In this document: positions 1 through 8,766 of the stretch, in pieces
How the letters are laid out: each line of letters starts with the position of its first letter
Numbering within the stretch: position 1 is the first letter of the stretch
Sequence record: PZ019085.1
Strand: one strand, 5' to 3'
Length of the DNA: 64,000 bases
DNA from: a phage
Translations under genes and position numbers: made by a program
The notes under the pieces: generated by a model
The model's database searches: none
Told to the model about the DNA's origin: nothing
What the model saw: only the letters and a program-made list of their open reading frames with translations

Positions 1-356
1 CAGAACTTCTTCAGAAACGTAACACCAGAAAAGCACGTGGAGTTACTCCTGAAATGCATGAACTAGCAAACTTTGTTTTTGAAAATATTAAAGATAAAGT
101 TGAAGTTAAAGAAATTGGTGAAAACCGTAGTAACTTGGAAGTTCGATTTGCAAAACGAGTTCTAGGTATTCGTCAGATCGAAATTCGTCGAAATGGTTCT
201 CTTAGAATCTTTGCATACAACATGTCAGAAACTGAATCAAAGCTGTTTACTTCTCTTGAAAATGATGTTAAGATTAAGATCGGTGGTAAATATACTTACA
301 TTGACTTCCCTAATGTGTCCAAAGAAATCATTACTCTTGTAACTAACGTACTGTGA
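1..356 (+). CDS. motA: MotA-like middle-transcription activator, C-terminal part (5' end lies outside window)
   Basis: Reading frame is open from the window start to the stop at 354-356; position upstream of arn/asiA/t matches T4 synteny; identity by synteny and vague recall only. Confidence 0.4.
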   Translation, partial: ELLQKRNTRKARGVTPEMHELANFVFENIKDKVEVKEIGENRSNLEVRFAKRVLGIRQIEIRRNGSLRIFAYNMSETESKLFTSLENDVKIKIGGKYTYIDFPNVSKEIITLVTNVL

Positions 357-366
357 GGAATACATA

Positions 367-711
367 ATGAATAAGCTGAATATTATTAACGAACTTCGTA
401 AATGCGCAGAACCTACTCAGGAAGGATGGGATATTTGGTACCACGGGGCTTATTTAGGGACAATTGTAAAGGTTAAAGCTGGGTTATATTTAATTATTCG
501 CGAAAATTCCGAATTCCCTAATGGAGTAGCTCCTGGTGGTCTTCGTAAAAACTATATGGCCGCGATCAGTTCATTTGTTGATGCAGCTTACGAAATCTAT
601 AAAGAAGATTATAAAGAATATCAGCAGTCGCAACCGGTTATTCGTTCGATTGGTGTAAATAAACAAGCACAAAAATCTATTTGGCAACGTATTAAGGAAT
701 GGTTTAAATGA
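367..711 (+). CDS. hypothetical early protein (114 aa)
   Basis: ORF in track, same strand and packing as neighbouring early genes; no recognisable motif. Confidence 0.5.
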   Translation: MNKLNIINELRKCAEPTQEGWDIWYHGAYLGTIVKVKAGLYLIIRENSEFPNGVAPGGLRKNYMAAISSFVDAAYEIYKEDYKEYQQSQPVIRSIGVNKQAQKSIWQRIKEWFK

Positions 712-1169
712 AATCATTTAAAGAACGTTTAGAGCTATTAGATTTGGCCTTGTCTCGTGAGACTCCTGAAAGTCTAGCAGAAAAATTCCAGTCCTACGGT
801 TATAATTATTCTGCTGATGATATAATGAATGAAGTTCCTGAAATCTGTTGGCAAACATGCTATTGGAATAATGACCAAAAAGTTCAACGTGTTATAGTAT
901 GTGCAGCCAATAGGTTTAAATTGAAGAGTGGTGGAACTCTGGTTATTCCTGGAGTTCGTCATTACTCTAAAGATATGGCTGAAGTACTTGATATAGTTGG
1001 TCCTCAATTAGTCTCACAACAAGTTTGTGGTGACGACCAAGGCTTTATCGACCAATACTCTAATTACTGGACTCGTGAAGAAGCAATGATTATTGCAACA
1101 TATGCTGGACAGGTGCGTATTGAACGTGGCGGAAGTGAGAAAGAACTTTATTCAGAGGACCTTTATTAA
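708..1169 (+). CDS. hypothetical early protein (153 aa)
   Basis: ORF in track; ATGA overlap with upstream ORF suggests translational coupling; no recognisable motif. Confidence 0.5.
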   Translation: MKSFKERLELLDLALSRETPESLAEKFQSYGYNYSADDIMNEVPEICWQTCYWNNDQKVQRVIVCAANRFKLKSGGTLVIPGVRHYSKDMAEVLDIVGPQLVSQQVCGDDQGFIDQYSNYWTREEAMIIATYAGQVRIERGGSEKELYSEDLY

Positions 1170-1450
1170 TGAATATTAAACAACTCCAGAAAGATGCTAT
1201 TGAAACACGTATCCAAGATATCAAACGTCTTAATCATATGATGGAAGAAAACTATGGTATGTATGCTAATCAGCCTGGTTGGGATGCTTTAGATCATCCT
1301 TATTTGGTCAATTTATGTAAAGGTGATAAGTTAGCAATTATTCGTGACGGGTTAAAACCTTTCTTGCGTGACATGTATATTAAAATGAACGAAGAAATTA
1401 TTAGCTCGTTGCAATATCAATTAAGGAAATTAGATGATGAGAATAATTGA
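1169..1450 (+). CDS. hypothetical early protein (93 aa)
   Basis: ORF in track; start overlaps upstream stop; no recognisable motif. Confidence 0.5.
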   Translation: MNIKQLQKDAIETRIQDIKRLNHMMEENYGMYANQPGWDALDHPYLVNLCKGDKLAIIRDGLKPFLRDMYIKMNEEIISSLQYQLRKLDDENN

Positions 1451-1652
1451 TTCTAAAGCAGATTATTTTAATTCTGTTAATGATAAGAATAAAGCTTTAA
1501 TTCGCCACTTTATTACTGAGATGGGTTATACTGACTCTAAAGATTTGAAAGAGCACATTATCGAATGTTCTGTGGCTAAAAAGTTTTCTTTTACCGATAA
1601 ATGCTTAAATGAGGTTATAAATCATTATGAACAATCTTGTAGCAAAACATGA
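1434..1652 (+). CDS. hypothetical early protein (72 aa)
   Basis: ORF in track; no recognisable motif. Confidence 0.45.
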   Translation: MMRIIDSKADYFNSVNDKNKALIRHFITEMGYTDSKDLKEHIIECSVAKKFSFTDKCLNEVINHYEQSCSKT

Positions 1653-1735
1653 TTTCAATAAGGCTTCTGTCCATAAGGACAAGAAGAAATCAGAACTTCA
1701 ATCTAAACGCAAACAAAAACATAAGGGTAAAGACT

Positions 1736-2035
1736 ATGCTTACTAAAATCAAAGAAAATCCTGCCACTGAACTTGTTATTCGATGTGAAGAACTTGCAGA
1801 GCTTTATCAGGTTAACCGAGAAGTGTATCGTAGTGTTGTTGCGGATATGGCAGACGAAGTATGTTCTCGTATTCCTTTTAGTGTTGATTTCAATCACATG
1901 AAGCCTGGTGAAATCACTATCGTCTTTGGTTCCGACTATACTGAAGAACGGGCTCTTAATGCCCTAGAATATGAAATGTCGTTCTTCGACATACAGGACT
2001 ACATTGATAGTTATAAGGAACGATATGAGTCATAA
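1736..2035 (+). CDS. acidic small protein, possibly Arn-like anti-restriction protein (99 aa; alternative start 1649)
   Basis: ATG at 1736 preceded by AAGGG; product is strongly acidic and sits immediately upstream of asiA where T4 has arn; the track start at 1649 is an ATGA-coupled alternative. Confidence 0.4.
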   Translation: MLTKIKENPATELVIRCEELAELYQVNREVYRSVVADMADEVCSRIPFSVDFNHMKPGEITIVFGSDYTEERALNALEYEMSFFDIQDYIDSYKERYES

Positions 2036-2186
2036 TCTTCAGAACGTAGTAGAGGCCGAACGTGAGCGTGAGGCTTTAGTCTATAATGAACTATTAGTTC
2101 CGTTCTTGGTCTTACACTCGTACGAACAGGAAGACTACGCCAATTACGTTAAAAGCGTAGAAAAAGCTGTTTACAATCAACACTGA
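2025..2186 (+). CDS. hypothetical small protein (53 aa)
   Basis: ATG at 2025 preceded by AAGGA, overlapping the upstream stop (ATGAGTCATAA); in frame with track ORF 1971-2186. Confidence 0.4.
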   Translation: MSHNLQNVVEAEREREALVYNELLVPFLVLHSYEQEDYANYVKSVEKAVYNQH

Positions 2187-2232
2187 TAATGGTACTATAT
2201 CCATATCAACTAAGTAGAATGAATAAAACGTT

Positions 2233-2505
2233 ATGAATAAAGATATTGAAATTGTACGTGAAATTATTACTATTGCTTCTATTTTGATTAAATTCTCTAG
2301 GGAAGATATTGTTGAAGACCGAGCAAGTTTCATCGGATTCTTGAATGAGATTGGAATTAAAAAAGATGGTCGGCAGCTAAATCAGAATTCTTTTAGAAAA
2401 CTAATTACAAATTTAACTGCCGAAGAAAAGAAAACACTGATTAGTGAATTCAATGAAGGTTTTGAAAATATTTATCGTCATTTAGCGATGTATTCTAACA
2501 ACTAA
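2233..2505 (+). CDS. asiA: anti-sigma70 factor AsiA
   Basis: 90 aa; MNKDIEIVREIITIASILIKFSREDIVEDRA... is near-identical to T4 AsiA as recalled. Confidence 0.9.
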   Translation: MNKDIEIVREIITIASILIKFSREDIVEDRASFIGFLNEIGIKKDGRQLNQNSFRKLITNLTAEEKKTLISEFNEGFENIYRHLAMYSNN

Positions 2506-3168
2506 TTATTTAGCCCTTCCTAGTATTCGGATCGCTTGGTTGCATATAGCCGCTAAGCGATCTTCCTCAAGTATATTATTATTCCCCTTATACCAATACA
2601 TCGCCACAGTTCCAGCATAGATGTTATCCAAATTAAAGTATGGACAACTATACATATAAGAAAGTTCGGCAGTCTTAGATTTTGTAGGCAAAAATGCAAA
2701 TTCTGATTTAGATGAGAAATGACGGCCACTTAAATGAATTATATATTCATCGGCCGTTTTATCCACTGGGAATCCGCCAAGGGACTTTTCAGAAATTGTG
2801 CTAGGTAGTTTGCCTTCATAAGCTATAAGGTCGACAAAATAATTTAAGTTTTTAGGTCTGAAAGAATACACAGCACTAAAATCTGCACCAGATGAGATAT
2901 GAACTATTTGCAGTTGTTCTAGAGCCGCAGATTCAAAACGTAAAGCTCGTTCTTTTTGGATTATTTCAGTATAAGTATCATACTTAGCTCTTACATAATA
3001 ATCCAGCAAAATACTTCCTTTGTACCATATTAGTGCCATTAGGAACAAAAGAATAATTACCGCTACTCGGGACATTAAAACCTTTCCAGTAGCGTTATCT
3101 TTGAAAATACGATCTAGCAACCCAAATAGAATATCACTAAGCGAAAATGATACTTTTGGTGTTGCCAT
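2506..3168 (-). CDS. t: holin T (lysis inhibition-sensitive holin)
   Basis: 220 aa; N-terminal TM segment and periplasmic domain closely match T4 holin T (SFSLSDILFGLLDRIFKDNATGKV...ILGRAK). Confidence 0.9.
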   Translation of the reverse strand: MATPKVSFSLSDILFGLLDRIFKDNATGKVLMSRVAVIILLFLMALIWYKGSILLDYYVRAKYDTYTEIIQKERALRFESAALEQLQIVHISSGADFSAVYSFRPKNLNYFVDLIAYEGKLPSTISEKSLGGFPVDKTADEYIIHLSGRHFSSKSEFAFLPTKSKTAELSYMYSCPYFNLDNIYAGTVAMYWYKGNNNILEEDRLAAICNQAIRILGRAK

Positions 3169-3177
3169 AATACCTCC

Positions 3178-3729
3178 TTACTTAAAGATATTTATAATCG
3201 CTTTGACAATAGATTTGTTTTCAAGGTCAGGGAATTTAGGGAATTCACAGCCAAGATGTTCATGTTTTTCTAAAAGGGCAAAGAATTTTTTGAGCTCTTT
3301 AAATTTTCGTTTTTCTTCTCTATTAGCAACCTCTGCGTCAATAAGAGAACTTAAAACACTGAATAATTTATAGAGTTCATGAATTTTCTTATCACGTTGA
3401 ACTACGCGTTTATATGCTTCATCTTCCTTCCACCCGTCGCCGGTCCAAATGTCAAATTCACCAGGTTCTTCTGTAGTAACATTTTGAAGAGCACCTGGGG
3501 TGTCAATAACAATTTTTTGCTTATCATAAGTCCATACTGTTTTTCCACGATGGTCTTCAACATATACCCATTCTTGCTCGCGTTCGTCAAATATAACAGC
3601 ATAGCCTTCTTTAGGGTCTAAAGGTTTTTTTGGTGTTGAATGAGCCGGAAATCCTACGCCTTTTAATGGTTTATAATTTTCTTCTTTGTAAAATTCTTTA
3701 GTGTCAAAATAATAATGATAGAGTTTCAT
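3178..3729 (-). CDS. 38: gp38 long tail fibre assembly chaperone (T4 type)
   Basis: 183 aa; MKLYHYYFDTKEFYKEENYKP... matches T4 gp38; lies downstream of gene 37. Confidence 0.85.
   Translation of the reverse strand: MKLYHYYFDTKEFYKEENYKPLKGVGFPAHSTPKKPLDPKEGYAVIFDEREQEWVYVEDHRGKTVWTYDKQKIVIDTPGALQNVTTEEPGEFDIWTGDGWKEDEAYKRVVQRDKKIHELYKLFSVLSSLIDAEVANREEKRKFKELKKFFALLEKHEHLGCEFPKFPDLENKSIVKAIINIFK
3189..3196 (-). promoter_or_regulatory. late promoter (TATAAATA) for holin t
   Basis: Plus-strand TATTTATA = TATAAATA on minus strand, about 20 nt upstream of the t start, inside the 3' end of gene 38. Confidence 0.55.
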
Positions 3730-3739
3730 ATTATAAAAA

Positions 3740-3753
3740 GGGACCGAAGTCCC
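3740..3753 (-). terminator. UUCG-tetraloop hairpin between genes 37 and 38
   Basis: GGGAC-UUCG-GUCCC read on the minus strand. Confidence 0.5.
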
Positions 3754-3759
3754 TTCTCC

Positions 3760-6700
3760 TTATGCTAAACGAACGATATAGTTAAAAGCAACGTTTTTAA
3801 CAGTGTTTTCTGTATTTCCTGTGGCATTTACAGTTATTGTATGTCCATGGGAACCAATTGCAACAGTATGAGAATGAGCACCAATACCTACAGTATGAGA
3901 ATGAGCACCAATACCTACCGTATGAGCATGGTTACCTGTAGTGCTTGTAGTACCAGACCAACTATGAGTATGGTTACCTTCTGTTGACGACTTTGCAATA
4001 TATTGGCTTGTGCCAGGCACGACACCGTTGCTTAGGCCAAAACCAACAACCTGAGACCCACTAATTAGAGTAGCCCCATTAGGAAATATCCCGGTCGGTT
4101 GGTTACTAGGTCCTCTTGGGCCTGTCTGTGAGTGCTGGTGGTTACCAGCGGCACTAGTATTACCACTCACTGTATGGTTATGGTTACCAGTGGTATTACT
4201 GGTCTTAGTACCATAATCAAAGCTTGAAGTCGTTTTGCTACCGTAATCAAAACTTGACGTATTTTTAGTACCCAAATCTGTGCTTGATGCACTTGCACTA
4301 TGGCTATGTGACTTAACACCGTCTGCTTCTGTACTTAATACAGCACGCCCAGATGGTTTACCCTTGATAGTTTGACCACGCATATCAGGCAGTGCGCCGG
4401 AAGGATACACAGCAGCTAACTTAGGATACAAGTCAGCATCAAATGTTTGCCCTTCCATTATGGCATAACCTTCAGGAGGTGTATCAGTAGGCCAAGGAAT
4501 CGGAGCACCAATTGGATAACTCGACACAATATCCGTCTTAAGGTTATTTATTGTGGTATTCAAGTTAGCAAAATTACCAGAACCACCAGTAATATTACCA
4601 TCAGTTCCTAGTTGTGCATCTCCGACTTTAAGAGGTTTACTGACTTCCACGAAATTATCGCTTATAACAAGACCGTGTCCATACGATTGGCTATAAAGTG
4701 ATAAATCATTTCCAGAACCACCAAGACCAACATACCAAGATCTAGTTCCAGCTTTAGAACCCTGCAAATAATTAGCAGAAGAAGATGAAGGAGAATCTAG
4801 AGTAAGCGCTGCATTACGTTCATTAATAGTTACTGGACATATCATTTTAATAGTTTTAAGACTATTACTTACTTGTAATAATCCTGTACCGGATCCAGAA
4901 TCCCCCAAATGAACATCATGCGACATTTTAACTGTGCCGGTGTTCAGTTCTATTATCAATGGTCTAAGATTACTTATACCGCCTGATTCTCCAGCATCTT
5001 TAGGAGTAGGGATAATATAAAGATTACTTTCTGAACGACGGAAAATAGCCCCGTATTCAGCATTCCAAATTCTTAATGCATCAGCTGTTCCACCAATTTT
5101 AACTTGTCCAGTAATAGAAGAACCACCTTGTAAAAACAAGCCGTTCTTCATTGTAACATTGCCACCAAAAGAACCTGTACCGGAGGCACTTATATTACCA
5201 AGGCCTACGATATGGCCTGTTTCGACAGTTCCGTTAAATTTAAAGTTAACCGGACCTACTGTTTCACCAGAAGCCGGGTTGGTACGTTGAGCATAAAAAT
5301 AATAACCTTGTGAATCTGATACTTCAAATACAGTTTCTCTATTACCCTTTTCAGCGTTAAATGAGTTACCCCATGCTTTAATGGTTACAGTATTTTTATT
5401 CTGACCATTACGAGTACCTGCATCCCAGTTAATGGGTTTTGTCCCGTCAACACCTGTAGGCGCTTTAAATGACAAAGCATTGGTATTGTCATCACCTGAT
5501 AAAAATAACCCAGTACGCATTGAAATACGTTGGGTTGAGTCAAATGTACCATCTGCTCTAATAGCAACCTTATTGGAACTGGTTTTAATATCTAAAATGC
5601 CAGGCTCAACAAGAAGCCCATCACCCATACTAACGGACATACGGCCAGTGCCACGGAAATAGTGATACATCTTGGCATTGCTACTATAGCCAATATGAGT
5701 CTGACCGTCACCGTTATTATTACCATCAACATCGGTACGCGCAGTAAACATTGCTTGGTTGTTATTTGGGTAATCCCAAGTAGAACCAGAATCTCGACTA
5801 TAACCAACCATCAATTTTTTAGTACTGTTAATACCGTTATTAAGAATAGTGCCGGCAGAAATACCATTCGCAACTAAATCGATAACCCCGTCACGAACCC
5901 ATTTAATACCGGTATCATTGTCACCAATTGCAATACCTTTACCAAACGAAACCAATGGATAACGTCCTTGGTCACCAACATCAGCAAGACCTATACCTAT
6001 CGAATTAGCAACAGACATACGCCCATCTGTGGTATAAGACCATTGATAAACTTCAGCATTACGTCCCGTCCAATACGAAATATTCTGTGGTTTACCTGAA
6101 CGAGCATCAGCAACTTCATGGAAAATAGCAGAAGAAACATGTCCGCGGAATTTACGAAGGTAGTTTATACCATTAGTATCCAAATCTGTTTCGGTTGGAG
6201 TATACTGCCAAGTCGGTAGTGAAACTAAATCATATGCAGTATCAATATTAGTGTCCCAAGATTTAGTGCTCACATTGATATTTTTGGTAATAACTTTAGG
6301 ACCAATTAAAGAACCAGCTTTAGTTTCAATATTACTTTGAGTAACTAAATATCCATTAGATACTAATAAACTTCCGGAATCAACTTGAAAATTACCGTTT
6401 CGATTAAAAGTCCAGTATTTTGAAGTCCCGGTTTCATCAATATAATGGAATTTAAAACTACCTTCGTTTACTAATGTACCAGCAGAAAAAGTTCCATCTT
6501 TATAGCGTTGTTTAATCAGTGGATGGTATTCTGAAACAGAAGTAGTTGAACTTAAATCTGTAAAGATAGGGGCTTTATTCGAATGTTGGTTAGCCCAAGC
6601 GCCATTTCCAGTGGTTTTAGGTAAAAATTCAATGTATTTTCCTGCATAAACAAACTGATTTCCATTGAGATTATATGTGCCGTTTTGTAAATAATCACCA

Positions 6701-6894
6701 GTTTGAGTTACATTACCGTTAATATCCCCACCCTTAGCAAAGCCTAGGCTAATAATATTACCGAGGTCATCTTTAGTAAAAAGAGTTCGATCTTTTAAGT
6801 TTATCGCTAATTCGCCTTCGGCTAATTGTGCTGCAGTAGGATTAACTCCTGCTACTTTGCTTCTTTTAAATTGTATCTGTTTTAATGTAGCCAT
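3760..6894 (-). CDS. 37: gp37 long tail fibre distal subunit (receptor-binding)
   Basis: 1044 aa; N-terminus [13 protein letters not shown]... and C-terminal His-rich HxH repeats ending [15 protein letters not shown] match T4 gp37. Confidence 0.95.
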   Translation of the reverse strand: MATLKQIQFKRSKVAGVNPTAAQLAEGELAINLKDRTLFTKDDLGNIISLGFAKGGDINGNVTQTGDYLQNGTYNLNGNQFVYAGKYIEFLPKTTGNGAWANQHSNKAPIFTDLSSTTSVSEYHPLIKQRYKDGTFSAGTLVNEGSFKFHYIDETGTSKYWTFNRNGNFQVDSGSLLVSNGYLVTQSNIETKAGSLIGPKVITKNINVSTKSWDTNIDTAYDLVSLPTWQYTPTETDLDTNGINYLRKFRGHVSSAIFHEVADARSGKPQNISYWTGRNAEVYQWSYTTDGRMSVANSIGIGLADVGDQGRYPLVSFGKGIAIGDNDTGIKWVRDGVIDLVANGISAGTILNNGINSTKKLMVGYSRDSGSTWDYPNNNQAMFTARTDVDGNNNGDGQTHIGYSSNAKMYHYFRGTGRMSVSMGDGLLVEPGILDIKTSSNKVAIRADGTFDSTQRISMRTGLFLSGDDNTNALSFKAPTGVDGTKPINWDAGTRNGQNKNTVTIKAWGNSFNAEKGNRETVFEVSDSQGYYFYAQRTNPASGETVGPVNFKFNGTVETGHIVGLGNISASGTGSFGGNVTMKNGLFLQGGSSITGQVKIGGTADALRIWNAEYGAIFRRSESNLYIIPTPKDAGESGGISNLRPLIIELNTGTVKMSHDVHLGDSGSGTGLLQVSNSLKTIKMICPVTINERNAALTLDSPSSSSANYLQGSKAGTRSWYVGLGGSGNDLSLYSQSYGHGLVISDNFVEVSKPLKVGDAQLGTDGNITGGSGNFANLNTTINNLKTDIVSSYPIGAPIPWPTDTPPEGYAIMEGQTFDADLYPKLAAVYPSGALPDMRGQTIKGKPSGRAVLSTEADGVKSHSHSASASSTDLGTKNTSSFDYGSKTTSSFDYGTKTSNTTGNHNHTVSGNTSAAGNHQHSQTGPRGPSNQPTGIFPNGATLISGSQVVGFGLSNGVVPGTSQYIAKSSTEGNHTHSWSGTTSTTGNHAHTVGIGAHSHTVGIGAHSHTVAIGSHGHTITVNATGNTENTVKNVAFNYIVRLA
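3864..3917 (-). repeat. perfect 27-bp tandem duplication inside gene 37 (His-rich tip region)
   Basis: CAGTATGAGAATGAGCACCAATACCTA at 3864-3890 repeated exactly at 3891-3917; encodes duplicated VGIGAHSHT on the minus strand. Confidence 0.8.
4205..4264 (-). repeat. imperfect ~30-bp tandem duplication inside gene 37
   Basis: 4205-4234 vs 4235-4264 about 80 percent identical by eye; encodes TSSFDYG(S/T)K twice. Confidence 0.6.
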
Positions 6895-6902
6895 AAGTCC
6901 TC

Positions 6903-7568
6903 TTAATAATAGCCGAAATCTTGAACAGAATCTTTAATTACAATCTGGTCGAAACGAGGAACATGATTAGCCTCGGATGCCGGATTCTGTGAGAAAAAGT
7001 TTGGTGCTGTTAAAGTACCAGTCATGGTATCGCCTTTACGCAATACACGAGAATTTGCGTTATCCGTAACAATATTTATTCGTCCATCAACATAATCTTT
7101 TCTTGTGAGATCATTTGCTGCAACCGGAGCAGTCATATCGCTTCTTACTTGTCCTGAAGCAGATACAACGCCTTTTGTACTAATATCACCATTACGTGCA
7201 TTAATTACAACAGTTCGAGCTGCTGAACCTTGCGATGATTTAAAACCAATACCATTCCACGAAACAATATCGATATTTGCTACAGCAAAAGTAGCATTAT
7301 CACCGTTGCCTGGGAAAATACCGCTTTGATTTGTGTTATTTACGGCATAAGGTACTTGTACACCGTTATTAAATGTTACTCGAGCGGCATACGTACCACC
7401 ATTTGCTTTAGAAACGAAATCATTATCAGCAGCTTGTGGCTTATTATATTCTGAATAGAGTTTAAACGTTTTATACAGGACGTCATCACCTGCTGGCATT
7501 AAAGGGAAATTACCTTGATGCCATATAACAGCACCGCCAGTTGTACTACCAGCTTTTAAATCGGCCAT
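6903..7568 (-). CDS. 36: gp36 long tail fibre hinge connector
   Basis: 221 aa, same length as T4 gp36; position between 35 and 37. Confidence 0.8.
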   Translation of the reverse strand: MADLKAGSTTGGAVIWHQGNFPLMPAGDDVLYKTFKLYSEYNKPQAADNDFVSKANGGTYAARVTFNNGVQVPYAVNNTNQSGIFPGNGDNATFAVANIDIVSWNGIGFKSSQGSAARTVVINARNGDISTKGVVSASGQVRSDMTAPVAANDLTRKDYVDGRINIVTDNANSRVLRKGDTMTGTLTAPNFFSQNPASEANHVPRFDQIVIKDSVQDFGYY

Positions 7569-7592
7569 AGTTGTCTCCTTATATGTATACCA

Positions 7593-7600
7593 TATTTATA
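7593..7600 (-). promoter_or_regulatory. late promoter for gene 36
   Basis: TATAAATA on minus strand 25 nt upstream of the gene 36 ATG, next to a UUCG hairpin. Confidence 0.6.
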
Positions 7601-7607
7601 CAAAAAT

Positions 7608-7625
7608 GGGAGACCGAAGTCTCCC
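7608..7625 (-). terminator. UUCG-tetraloop hairpin between genes 35 and 36
   Basis: GGGAGAC-UUCG-GUCUCCC on the minus strand, 7-bp GC-rich stem. Confidence 0.55.
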
Positions 7626-7630
7626 TAAAT

Positions 7631-8758
7631 TTATTCTGATGCTTCTTTAAATTCTTGTCCAAATACCTTACCAGTATCAGTTGAAGATTGAGTAGGTAGT
7701 GTCATTATGTCTGGAGTATTTAAAGATTCTGAAACATAATTTACACGAATACCATTTATACCAAACTCGGCAGGTTTTGAAACGCTTCCATTACATGATA
7801 CTTCAGTGAATATAACGTTTCTTAATCCACCTTGCCCGACTGGAGCTGTACGATAACAATAAATCGTGAACCCGTCAGCACCAGCAGGAATTTCTATGTA
7901 GTCTTCATATATCTTCCATTCACCTGCACCCCCATCAAAGTTTATATCCTTAAACGAAATAGGTGAAGTAGAAGGAGATTTAAAGAAACGAATAGAAAGT
8001 CGTGTCGTCCCTTGTGCTAACAAATCGGCATCGGCCATTAGTTGGAATTTCATATAAAGGAAATCTCCAGGCTTCAATTTATACCCAGCGAGAGGTGTAA
8101 TAATGGATGTTGTAGGCATCCTTTTAATTTCATTATTAGTACCTCCAATGGCAGATAAAAATGTGTCTGTCGATTCGTACGTACGTCTAGGGAAGCCGGT
8201 AGCACCAATATCATCAATCGTGTCGTACACAACATCAAGTGGTGTACTATAGTCGGTTGAAGTTTTCTTATTACTATACTTAATATGTTCTAGTGCTATA
8301 GCATTCTTACCAGAAATATAAAATGCCGAATAGGAAATGTCCACTATATTTAAAACTTGTTGAGCTAATGGAATAACAGAACTCCCAGCTTTAGTAAACC
8401 ATGCGAGAACTTCAGGTGGAAAGTTTGTTTTAGCGTTAGTAACAAGAGCAAATATAAAATTTGAAGCATATGTGTCCATGTAAGTAACAAATGCACTTGA
8501 CGTGGCGTCGTTTTCAGTAGAGAAATTATATGACTTAGATTCAACTACTGCACCTGTTGTAGGATTTATTACACGAACGTTTAATCCAACGGAAAAAACC
8601 TGGGACCCAAGTGGATTATCTTGAAACTTAATATAAGCAGGAGATGTTGATAGCGGGCAAGATCCCGCTATGCTTAATTTAAATCGTACTGAATTGCTTT
8701 CCGATAAAAATGGCGTTTGGACGTATCCTTGTCCAAACTTAGCCATAAATTTTTCCAT
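7631..8758 (-). CDS. 35: gp35 long tail fibre hinge protein
   Basis: 375 aa (T4 about 372); synteny. Confidence 0.8.
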   Translation of the reverse strand: MEKFMAKFGQGYVQTPFLSESNSVRFKLSIAGSCPLSTSPAYIKFQDNPLGSQVFSVGLNVRVINPTTGAVVESKSYNFSTENDATSSAFVTYMDTYASNFIFALVTNAKTNFPPEVLAWFTKAGSSVIPLAQQVLNIVDISYSAFYISGKNAIALEHIKYSNKKTSTDYSTPLDVVYDTIDDIGATGFPRRTYESTDTFLSAIGGTNNEIKRMPTTSIITPLAGYKLKPGDFLYMKFQLMADADLLAQGTTRLSIRFFKSPSTSPISFKDINFDGGAGEWKIYEDYIEIPAGADGFTIYCYRTAPVGQGGLRNVIFTEVSCNGSVSKPAEFGINGIRVNYVSESLNTPDIMTLPTQSSTDTGKVFGQEFKEASE

Positions 8759-8766
8759 AATACCTC

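Noticed and set aside
3837-3925. Possible CRISPR-like repeat array
   Set aside because: The repeats are in-frame coding tandem duplications inside gene 37 with no spacers or leader; not a CRISPR array.
5385-5877. Several 60-76 aa ORFs on both strands inside gene 37
   Set aside because: Lie entirely within the long tail fibre gene; typical spurious frames in a long coding region.
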